A DNA stretch of 64,000 bases from Vicugna vicugna (lineage: Eukaryota): assembly GCA_013265495.1 (NCBI GenBank), contig MU057880.1, positions 62,001-126,000 on the forward strand, in the 5' to 3' direction. Numbering within the stretch: the stretch's first letter is position 1; every line of letters starts with the position of its first letter. A program made the position numbers and the translations under genes. Under the pieces are notes generated by a model. It saw only the letters and a list, made by a program, of their open reading frames with translations, did no database searches and had not been told where the DNA came from. Below are positions 53,391 through 64,000 of the stretch, piece after piece.

Positions 53391-54083
53391 GATGTAATTA
53401 AAAGCTTCTTTTAGCAGAAGCACTCTCTGAAGCAATCAATTTTGATGGAGATGGCAGAGCGGGGGTGATGTTGGGGGTGATAATCAGAGTGGGGAAAGCC
53501 GGAACAGACTGCGTGTAAGATGAAATAAAAGGACTAAGAAGAGGACAAAACAAGAGAGAGAAAGAGAGAGGGAATAAAACATGCTAGAAAAGAAGAGCTG
53601 GGCACAGAAAAAGAGACAGAACACATACACTATGAGATTTGATCCCATAAAAATTACAGGCTTTTTTTTCTGAAAAATGTCATCAGTCCAAAATAATTCA
53701 AAACAAAAAATAAACAAACAAAAAAGTGCTATTATCTTCCTGACTTTACTAAGCAGCTTTTTCAAATTACTAAGAAAAAGATGTGCACCTGAGTAGGAAA
53801 AAATGTTTAACTTTATAAACTCAAAATTCAGAAAGAAAGAAAAACGTAGCCCATATACATATTGAAAATGTTCAACTTCACTAGGAATCAAAGAGTTGCT
53901 ATTTAAAGCAACAGAAAGAAGTCCTGCATTTTTTTTAACTCTTCCTGAAGACTAGAAAACTTTTTAAAAATATGCCAATTATTGTTGAGGTAAAACAAGC
54001 ATTCTTCTATATTTTTGTTTGGCTACACATTGAGTAAAATATTTCCTAGGATAATTGATGAGAAATTTAAATATGCTTAGAAC

Positions 54084-54432
54084 TGTGATCTTGAGATGAC
54101 GACAAGGTAGCTGAATTGCCTTCCCAGCTCCCCTAGTGATGTGGTGCGGTCCAGCTGTGGCCGAGCTCTGCCTCCAGGCTTGACCCATCTACATCTTCTC
54201 CTTCTCTTCACCAGTCTGTTGTTGGGCCTCAGCTCCCAAGGGGACCACCAAAGCCACATGCTGACAAGGGCAGTACCTGCCGCCATTTTTCTGGGACTGA
54301 GTATGGCCTTCCCTCTGCCCCCCCATCCCCAAAACCACACCTCAACCTGGCTGGCCTTTATGTGAACCAAGAGCATCCCCAGTTAAGCACGAGTATTTTG
54401 GGGTATGTTTCAGCAGCTGGTGAGACTAAAAT
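54084..54432 (+). mobile_element. Probable old MaLR (MLT1-like) LTR inserted in an old L1 fragment
   Basis: Starts with TG and is flanked by AGAAC on both sides (54079-54083, 54433-54437). The 3' end TTAAGCACGAGTATTTTGGGGTATGTTTCAGCAGC resembles MLT1 ends. Confidence 0.45.
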
Positions 54433-54516
54433 AGAACTCAACTCAACTTCTAGATATTCATCCTTACTGTGTTTAAGGATATGTATCAACTCATTAGCTA
54501 CAATACTAGGGGAAAA

Positions 54517-54947
54517 CGGCATTTGCAGCAACATGGATGGACCTGGAGACTGTCATTCTAAGTGAAGTGAGCCAGAAGGAGAAAGAAAAATACCATATGA
54601 TATCACTCATATATGGAATCTAAAAAAGAAAAAGGACACAAATGAACTTATTTACAAAACAGAGACAGACTCACAGACATAGAAAACAAACTTATGGTTA
54701 CCAGGGTAGAAAGGGGGTGGAAAAGGGTACATTGGGAGTTAAGGATTTGCAGATACTAACTACTATATATAAAATAAATAACAAGTTTCTACTGCATAGT
54801 ACAGGGAACTATATTCAATATCTTATAGTAACCTATAATGAAAAAGAATATGAAAAGGAATAGATGTATGTTCCTATATGACTGAAGCATTATGCTGCAC
54901 ACCAGAAATTGCTACAACATTGCAAACTGACTATACTTCAATAAAAA
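54517..54947 (+). mobile_element. L1 3' fragment
   Basis: CATTTGCAGCAACATGGATGGACCTGGAGA...CTATACTTCAATAAAA. The TSD is 13/15 identical (54502-54516 vs 54948-54962). Confidence 0.88.
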
Positions 54948-55816
54948 AATACTAGAGAAAAATAAGAATCTTCTAACTAACAGAATAAATTATAAAATCA
55001 ACTACAGAACATTCACTTAATGTAATATCTTGCAACAAGCAAAAATTATGTTCAATTACATAGGGAAATGTATACAGAACATCAGTTTTTTTAAAAAGCA
55101 GCATAGAAAACTACGTATGACATGATCATAATTTACACACGTAGTCTAACCACAGTTCTTAGGGGGTGTTGGAATTAGGGGTAATTTTATTTTATTTATT
55201 TTTTTATTATCCAAATATTTTAGAATAAACTTTATTAGCTTTATTCAGAAAAACATTCTCATGAATATCATTTTTTTAAAAAAGGGAAAGAGTAGGAAAG
55301 AAGAAAAGAGAAAAAGGAGAAAAACAAAGAAGAGAAAAAAAGCCCAAAGTTTGCGTTTGTAGTTATGTGGCATGATTTTGTCAGGCCTGCCCTTGGCACA
55401 CGAGTCTAGCGTTCCCAGCTGGCATGTCCTGAGTGTGCACAGAAGTGCTGAGACATTGAGCCTCCCAGCCCTGGACGGCCGGGTGAGGCCCAGGGAGTCA
55501 CCTCGAGGCCATCAAAGCTTCTCATTGACCTTCATGTTCGCCATAAATACTGCCATTTTCTACCTGTAACATGACAGTAAACAATGTTAGGGATCATTGA
55601 CACGACACCCTGGTGGGAGAAAAGGAACAGATTTCAGGCACACCCATTTTCTTCTATCCAAAGAGGGTAACATGCTTAATAACAAGGGTTTACATTAGAA
55701 AAAATATATATTTAAAAATGTACTGTATCTGTGAACCCACACAGTCTTCATGCATTACTATTAATTTAAAAACCCTCTAGTCATAATACAAATAGTAAGT
55801 CTAGCATTACTATTTT

Positions 55817-55955
55817 ATTTACTTACTTACTTTTAGGGGGAAGGTAATACATTTATTTATCTATTTTATTTATTTTTAATGGAGGCACTGGGGATTGAAC
55901 CCAGGACCTCGTGCATGCTAAGCAGGCACTCTACCCCTGAGCTACACCCCCACCT
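55817..55955 (-). mobile_element. tRNA-Ala(AGC)-derived SINE, camelid Vic-1-like
   Basis: The minus-strand head (55951-55880) reads GGGGGTGTAGCTCAGGGGTAGAGTGCCTGCTTAGCATGCACGAGGTCCTGGGTTCAATCCCCAGTGCCTCCA. It is followed by an A-rich linker, TTACCTTCCCCC and an A-rich tail. 11-bp TSD ATTACTATTTT (55806-55816, 55960-55970). Confidence 0.85.
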
Positions 55956-57805
55956 TGATATTACTATTTTTAATAATAGTCAAAATCTTGGTCCTATTTT
56001 TCTCTGACAAACTTACTTCCAAAACCTGGGGGAGTTTTATTTAATGTGTAGATACTATGTATTTCTCTTCATTTAAATAAAGTGTAGCTGATGTGTTTCA
56101 TATACACACTCAGGCAATTAATAAAACACTTTACATAACTCTATTTGTAAAACTGTGACAATATGTTCATCAGAAAAGGGCTGGAAAGTGAACCAGATTT
56201 TTCTTATTTGACTGTGTTTTGATGAGTACGAATGAGGCATCTGAAGATAAAATACTTTCTAAAGCGCTAGGATACATACTGAAACTTGGCAGGATATTAG
56301 CATATGAATGATACAGCACAGGAGAAAAAAAAGTTCATTTAAACAAGTTTCTTATCCTGGTCTCCCACTCTGTGATATTAAGTGAGTTCCAAAGAGTACA
56401 TTGGTCCCATTGAAATTTACTTCGTAAAAATAAAATTGTATACTAAATGCTTTGCCAGAAATGAAAGAAACCCCACCAACATCCTCATGTGCACCTGCCA
56501 GTAATGATTAAACAAGCAAAAAAAGAAGAAAAAAAAAAAAAGCACTGAAATGTAGGTCTTAAAAAGAATTGAGAGATGCTCTTTCTCCTCGAGTGCTCTG
56601 CAAAAAGAAAAAGAATTAATCTTAGGTTTTCATCATAGTTTTCAGACATTGTGCTCAGTATGTTATATTTGTAAAGGAAAAAAGATACATCTAAATTCTC
56701 CTCTGAATTTTTCTTGTGGTAAATTAGAAACTGAAATGTATTCTAAAGAACTAGTTTTCTACTTTCAAAATATGCATTTTTTTATACCTCCAAAGCAGAA
56801 ATGACCTAGAATTTGTGGAGATACTCAATTCTCTCTGAAGGAGAGACTTGTGCAAAGAGGCAGCATTCCTGGGCCCAGAGAAGAAAATACCTTTTCTGTC
56901 CATCCCCGGCCAAACACATCTGACCCAAGTGACCTGCTCTCTACAGACCAACATAGCCTGGGGGGATCCTACATGGAGAAGCTGGGTGCCCCCCTTTGGC
57001 GTGTCCAGCACCCTGCACTCCCCCCTCATGGCACCTGGCATCCCACGATGCATTGACAGTTGCCTGCTCACTCATCTGCACATTCCAGAGAACTGAAACC
57101 GCCCTCTGGGTGGGAGGGACCAACATCCCTCACGTCCATGTTGTGTCCTCAGTTACTGACACTGGGTTGGTACATGTTAGACACTCAGTAAATATGTGTG
57201 AATGTTCATACAACCTACATACAGTTTCAGAACAGTTACCTGCCAAATACTATCCCGAGGGCTGGGATCAAATGATGAACAAGACAGAGCATGTTATAGC
57301 AAAATACAGCCCCGTGAGTAGTAAAGGAATCAGCAGAGAGAAGCATTGTTTTCAAGGACAGGAGCAGAAATAGCAAGTTACATCCTGCAGTGGCCTCTCC
57401 AGCCAAGACAAAGAAACTGGGACTGGGACACAGGTGAGGGGCCCCAGGAAATCTGGAGACAGGCAGGGCTGAGAGATTTTGATTAGAAAATGAAGGTGCT
57501 ACAATTATTTGGTCACGTTTACAAGCATATGAAATGTAAGTATACACAGTAATACGGAACAATTAGTAAGCACAGAATGGTGAGGCCCGAGGAGGTTAAT
57601 GTTGTATAAAACATGGTCATAAACTGAAGCTGACTGTGCTTTTAAAAGTCTTAATCATGAAATCACTGGAAAGAAATATCTCTGATACATAAGATAGGTC
57701 CATTTTTGTTGTTTATCTGCACATTCAGTTGAAGTGATATCTGAAGCAATTTGCTCAGTATTTTAATGGTTTTCATGCTGGAAAAAGTTACATAAAAAGT
57801 TTTTT

Positions 57806-59464
57806 GTTTTTCTGATGTGGAATTCGATGAGCTGTTTATATAAGTTGAATGTTAACCCCTTATTGGTCATATATCATTTGCAAATATTTCTTCCCATTCA
57901 GTAGGCTGTCTTCTCATTTTGTTGATGGTTTCCTTTCCTGTGGAAAAGCGTATAAGTTTAATTAGGTCCCATTTGTTCATTTTTGCTTTTATTTCCTTTG
58001 CTTTGGGAGATAGACCCAAAGACACTGCTATGATTTATGTCAGAGAGTGTTCTGCCTGTTTTCCTCTTGCCTTCCTCTTTCCTTATGGTATCCAGTCTGA
58101 CATTTAGGTCTTTAATCTATTTTGAGTTTATTTTTGTATACAGTGTTAGAGAATGTTCTAATTTCATTCTCTTCCATGTAACTGTTCAGTTTTCCCAGCA
58201 CCACTTATGGAAGATATTGTCTTTTCTCCACTGCATATTCTTGTCTCCTGTGTCATAGATTAATTGATCATAAGTGCATGAGTTAATTTCTGGTTTTTCA
58301 GTCCTGTTGCATTGATCTATGTATCTGTTTTTTGTGCCAGCACCATACTGTTTTGATTACTGTAGCTTTTTATTATGGTCTGAAGTCAGGGAGCCTGATT
58401 CCTCCAGCTCTGTTTCTCTTAAGATCATTTTAGTTATTTGGGGTCTTTTGTGTTTTCATACAAATTTTTAAATTATTTGTTCTAGTTCTGTGAAAAAATG
58501 CCATTGGCATTTTGATAAAGATTGCATTGAATCTGTAGTTTGCTTTGGCAAACAACTTGATTTAAAAAAGGAGCAGAAGAAATAGCATTTTTCCAAAGAG
58601 GAAAAGCACATGAAAAGATGCTCAACATCACTAATCATCAAGGAATTAGAAATGAGAACCACAGTGAGATATCTCATTGGCCAGAATGTCTATCATCAAA
58701 AAGAACACAAATAACAAATGTTGGCGAGGATGTGTAGAAAAGGCAACCCCTGTACACTCAATGCTGGTGGGAATGTAAATTGATGCAGCCACTGTGAAAA
58801 ATAGTATGGAGGTTTCTCAAAAAGCCAAAAATTAGAACTACCCTATGATCCAGCAGTTTCACTTCTGGATATATAACCCCCTCCAAAAAAACCCACTAAT
58901 TCAAAAAGATACATGCACCCCAATTCTCATAGGAGCATTATTTATAATAGCCAAGATATGGAAGCAACCTAAGTGTCAATCAACAGATGACTGGATAAAG
59001 AAGAAGTGGTATGCAATGGAATACTACTCAGCAATAAAAAAGAATGAGATTTTGCCATTTGCAGCAACATGAATGGACTTATAGGGCATTATGCTAAGTG
59101 AAAAAAGTGAGACAGAGAAAGACAAATACTGCATGATATCACTTGTATGTGGAATCTAAAAATTAGAACAAACTAGCGAACATAACAAGAAAGAAGCAGA
59201 TTCACATAGAGAACAAACTAGGGGTTACCAGTAGGGAGAGGGAAGAGGGGGTGCAAATACAGGAGTAGGAGATTAAGAGGTACAAACTAATAGGTATAAA
59301 ATAAGCTACAAGAAAACATAGTACAACACTGGGAATAGAGCCAGTATTTTAAAATAACTATAAATGGATTATTACCTTTAAAAATTATGAATCACTATAT
59401 TGTACACTTGCAACTTATACAATGTTGTACATCAACTACACTTCAATTTAAAACATTAAAAATA
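57806..59464. mobile_element. L1 insertion with 5' inversion (57806-~58548 minus, ~58549-59464 plus)
   Basis: The two segments are contiguous in L1 coordinates but opposite in orientation. The TSD is 13/14 identical (57792-57805 vs 59465-59478). ORF2 C-terminal remnant at 58845-59072. Confidence 0.85.
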
Positions 59465-60292
59465 ATAAAAAGATTTTTAAAAATTCAAGTCATGAGTCAG
59501 TTAAGAATATCAGTTTTCAAATGGAAAAGGAATCTAGCACAAGGAAATGCTGCTGCTTCCACACACATATACCACCAGTGTAGTTTAGTTTGTATAGTTT
59601 GTGATTTTTTTAGTAATACAATAAAATAAAATATACAGATATGTAGATAGATAATAAATCAACAAATGTATAAATAAATAAGTAAAAAAAATAGAAAGGG
59701 AAAACTGAAAATTAACCAAGTGTATGTTTACATGCTTTGCTAAAATATACACATCAGACATTAATTGCTCAATTAGGAAGGTGGCCAATGCCAGTCTTGG
59801 AAGCACATATGGAAAGATGGGACATTTTCCCATCCCTGTCTGAACCTCCATCCTTATGTGGATACAGATACAGATTTATTTACAGATATAGACATAAACT
59901 TTGATCAGATACAGCCTGACCTACTGACATTTTGTGTATTGATTACACGGACTGAAGGCTTGGCTTTCCGGGGTCCAAGACTTGCAATGTTAAAGCCAGT
60001 AAAGTCCCAGGCAAACCCGGATGTCGGTCTCTATACTTGTTCACCCTGGATGAACAAATCTGATAAGCACACTCATCTCTGCAATATGATCTGCTTTTTA
60101 CAGATCTGTTTATTGGCTTTCACCCTGTTTCTTACAGAAAATTATTTTTTTAAAGAGTTTTAGAAATTTTGAAGCTCCATCCTTGACAATCACAGACATC
60201 AAAAGAAAATAATTTCAAAGGCATAGATATAAAATTAATTGTGTGCATAAAAAATGTTATACAACTGATCAGATGGTTGAAAAGAAATTACT

Positions 60293-60418
60293 AGCTCACG
60301 GAGAAAAAGAATATGAAAATGAATATATGTGTATTCATGTATGACTGAGAAATTGTGCTGTACACCAGAAATTGACACAACATTGTAAACTGACTGTAAC
60401 TCAATAAAATTTAAAAAA
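60293..60418 (+). mobile_element. Very short L1 3' tail
   Basis: GAATATGAAAATGAATATATG...GTACACCAGAAATTGACACAACATTGTAAACTGAC. Imperfect flanking repeat AAA(A/G)GAAATTA. Confidence 0.8.
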
Positions 60419-61338
60419 AGGAAATTATTTATTTATTACTTAAATTCTCAACATACTAATTTCCATGACACTATGATAAAAGCAGGAAATATAAGATACA
60501 ATCCGTAGAAAGTTGAGGGAGCAAGTGAACGTAAAAGTAGAAAAGACCAATTCCACAAGTCAGGTAACAGAAATATTTTATGACCATCACAATCTCGTAC
60601 ACTTTCTATTGAGACAAAGTACAGACCTGTTTTGTTCACTTGTTTATACAGTAATGTGATTAATATTATATATAAAACAACTTTATTTTTACTACCTGAA
60701 ATCTCATCTGAAAGATAAGGGATTGTTTTTCATTCAATCATTATTGTTATTTTCCATCTCAAAACAGAAGTCTCCACTGGTCTCTTGGAGGCCATTACTC
60801 TTTTATAACTTACAGAATTTTATGGCTGATTTCCAAGACCACAGCAGACCATACTTACCAATAAATAGACAGCAATATTTGATTTCCTTTAAAAGACCAT
60901 GCTGATGTCTGCTTGAATGAATGTGGTTTCCTGCTCCTTTGATAAAACTTGAATCTATAGCAAATATACATTTATTTCATTTTTTTTATTCTTCTCAACA
61001 TTCACACAAGTGAGAGGTCACTCCAGAAATCACCTGAGTCATTATAAACGTTTACACATTTAATGCAAGAGTAGTTTTGACTTTTGAAAGTTATCCAAAG
61101 AGGAGTAATAAAATTCATGATGTAAGAGTTTTAAAAACAAAAAATTAGAAACGTTATTGTACATTTACTAAGAGTCCTGATTTTGGCCGATTAGTTTTTC
61201 TTCCAGATTTTGTCTTTGGCAGCACTGTAAGAGAGTGAAGTTTGAGTTCAGTCTTCCTCAAAGCAAAAACGCAAATCAAAAAAATCTGTCCTTTTCTTAA
61301 TTCCCTTAAGGGTGGGAAGCTAGTGCAGTGTCTCATTA

Positions 61339-61945
61339 CAAAACTGAGCAGGCCCCGCAGGGACTTCCCAAGGACAGACACCCCCAGATCTCCCACCTGT
61401 CATTTGTAGAAAACTTTCAGCCTCCTAGGCCTTCTCTGACTTCCAAAGAGCAAATTTAATCAGAGAAGTGAGAAAATGCAGAAACAAAGGAAAACAGTCA
61501 GGCAAGGCAAAATAATAATAGTCTAGCCATAAAACAAAGTCAAGGACCTTAGTTCCTCCCCAAAGGCAAGAGATAATATCCTGAGCCACATCCTTGAGTT
61601 GTTTGCAGATACTGGAACCCCCACCAGGTGGGAGAAGTTAACTGCATGCTGACCACCAGCATGTGGACCCCAGACAGGCTGGAACCATTGCCCTGTTACC
61701 TCACCAACAAACAATCAGAATTGTGCACAAGCTGATCACACATACTGTGACCCCTTCCCTCATACTGTCTTTAAAAACACTTCCCTGAAAGCCTTCAGGG
61801 AGTTTGGGTCCTCTGAGCATGAGCTGCCCATTCTTCTTGCTTGGCACCTGCAGTAAACACTGTACCTTCCTTCACTACAACCCAATGTCCATAGATGGGC
61901 TTTGCTGCATGTCAGGTGAGCAGACCCAAGTTTGGTTCAGTAACT
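61339..61945 (+). mobile_element. Solo LTR, ERV1-type (copy 3)
   Basis: Reverse complement of copies 1 and 2, with a perfect 4-bp TSD ATTA (61335-61338, 61946-61949). Terminal bases have decayed. Confidence 0.82.
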
Positions 61946-64000
61946 ATTATATCTACCAGCAGACTTGAAGACACAGTTGCCAGGGAGGGTGGCATAAGCT
62001 TCATTGTAGACAAATCCACCAACCGACAACATCTGCAGGTAAATTCTAGCAAAAGGAGGTAACATTCATAACCAAAAAAAAAAAAAAAACCTTCAAAATG
62101 CTTCAGAAAATTAGCCAAAGGGAACAAATCAAAGGCCAATGAAAATCTTGAAACTGGAAAAGATAACTAGTTATCTGCATGTTTCGATTGCGCTGTAACG
62201 TTTCCATGGTGCTTTAGTTCACCCAGATAACCTGTACCAAACAAAAGCCAGATGTACATCTTAAAGTGACGCTAATAAAACCACGTTCCCCAGAGAGTCC
62301 TCAGCAAGCCAGAGCGCAGCCTGTGGAGACGTGAGCTTGCTGGAGACGGTAGGGAAGGGCTTGCTTTCAGTCTAGAGTAGCAATATTTGCTCTGTTGACA
62401 AGAGTCAAACCTCCAAAAGCCAAAAATGTAAACACTCTCCCCTTGCTCAACTTCCCCTCAAAAAAGACCTGTGAAAGAAGGAATCTAAACCTAAAATCTC
62501 TCCTTCTTTCCTCTCTCCATATTTATCCAGAGCTTCCCTCATGTATAAACTTCTCCCTGTGCCTGATCAGGAGAAAGAAGTTCAAGTAATTCTGATTTCC
62601 TTTCACCCTGGCAAATTGTGTTGTTTGCAGCTTTCCTGAAGAACTACACTGTATGTTTTGGCACAATTTCTTCTAAGCACATCTACTTCAATTCTTTATT
62701 TACCTTTTCTTTATTACATGTTTCGATTCTAATAGGTTTTCATTGGTTTAAACCAATAGAAATTATTTTTCCACTAACATGATCATTTAGATTTCTAAAT
62801 AATGTCCTATTCTTCTAAATTAGAGTTACCTTTCGACTTATGTGTGCCTGCCAAATGATACAAGACTATTTTTTGTAGAGTAAGTTTGCAAAATCTGGAT
62901 GATCACTGAAATTGTCTTATGTAAACAAACCAGCAGTAATGTGACTTAGTAATACCCAGAGTTCACTCATGTAGCAAAAAATTATTGAGCCCCTAGAATG
63001 TGCCAGTTCTGATGGCGTATCAATAAACAAAGGGATGTCAGTTTCTTTCCTCATGAAGCTAACAGTCTGGTGGATGAAAAAAAAATGTTTTGGAAAAAAA
63101 GCAAGATTATAGAAATAAATTTCTAGTATTATAGTGCTTCCAATCTCTGAAAACAGTAATAAAAATGGTTTTTAGCAAGCTAAGATTTATTATAGCCACA
63201 GAAAAAAGATGGACATTTGATTTTATTGAGCATAAAACTGAACTACATCATTCTGTGTTTATCTTTTCAGGAATTTGGCTTTGCCCATTTTTTTAAAATC
63301 CTAAAATGTAGGTTTCCATTGTACTTTCCATATAGGAACAGCTAGAAACTGCATTATACCTTGAACCACCAAATTTCTTGTGCAGAAATTGTATGTAGCA
63401 CATGTAAATCAATCACGAATGGAAAAAGCATGCTTTAGAGTCAAAAAAAATTAAATTAAGACATTTCTAAAGTCACTGCTTACCATTTTAATTCACTATC
63501 GTCCAGTAGACTATTTTTGGAGAAGTAATGTTCTGGGGCATTTTAGTCTTCCTTCGGCACAGTGATCACACACCGTCCAAGTGTGGGAAGAGGTAGAGGT
63601 GCCAATTATTCGTCTTCCCAAGGTCAAGTATCGATCCATCACCACAAGCCAACTATCCAATAGGGTACAAGTACTTCCAACTTACTCATTTACTCCTAAA
63701 GCCAAGAAGATACTAATGACTACTACGTTTTTTAAAATTGTAGATGCTGCTCTTAAGACTTAAGAAAAGAGAAAAAAAGACAATAAATAGATTGGGTTAA
63801 TGACAGAGAAAAGCGAAGGACTGAGGGGCATTCATAATCAGTGCCTAAAAGGGCACCTGGTGTATACCAGGTTTTCAACATGTATTGTTCAAACAATGAA
63901 CAAACATACATTGGGAATTAACTCAGAGAAATCAGAAGGAGTCGACCAAAAGGCTCTGTGAAATACCCCGGATGACATAAGAAGAGAAACCAAAGTCGCA

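Noticed and set aside
54077..54376. GC-richer segment with minus-strand AAAATGGCGGC and a 99-aa ORF, resembling a second retrogene
   Set aside because: No poly(A) or long TSD and no recognisable protein. The TG start, 5-bp flanking repeat and MLT1-like 3' end fit an old MaLR LTR better.
55880..55951. Possible tRNA-Ala gene
   Set aside because: It has a SINE-type A-rich body, tail and TSD, and substitutions relative to the tRNA consensus.
62190..62216. REST/RE1- or RFX-like motif (minus strand TAAAGCACCATGGAAACGTTACAGCGC)
   Set aside because: Several mismatches at key positions and non-canonical spacing make it too weak to call.

Overview
AT-rich, repeat-dense mammalian DNA, most likely camelid (a tRNA-Ala-derived SINE at 55.8 kb matches the camelid Vic-1 design). 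I find no intact protein-coding gene; the window reads as intergenic or deep-intronic. The main feature is a full-length RNF26 retrocopy on the minus strand (46535-49272) with a poly(A) tail and a perfect 15-bp target-site duplication (TSD). Its coding region is disabled by a lost ATG, one frameshift and three stops, yet its 5' end keeps a CpG-dense block and an open 115-codon upstream ORF. The rest is layered transposable elements: two long old L1s, many younger L1 3' fragments (one with a twin-priming 5' inversion), three solo ERV1-type LTRs of one family, MaLR/ERVL LTRs, L2, MIR, DNA-transposon fossils and microsatellites. The strongest unexplained signal is a perfect 32-bp inverted repeat at 9805-9879 with pre-miRNA-like geometry. 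Repeat-family names and RNF26 comparisons come from remembered consensus/human sequences, not from searches. I see no convincing novel multi-gene system.
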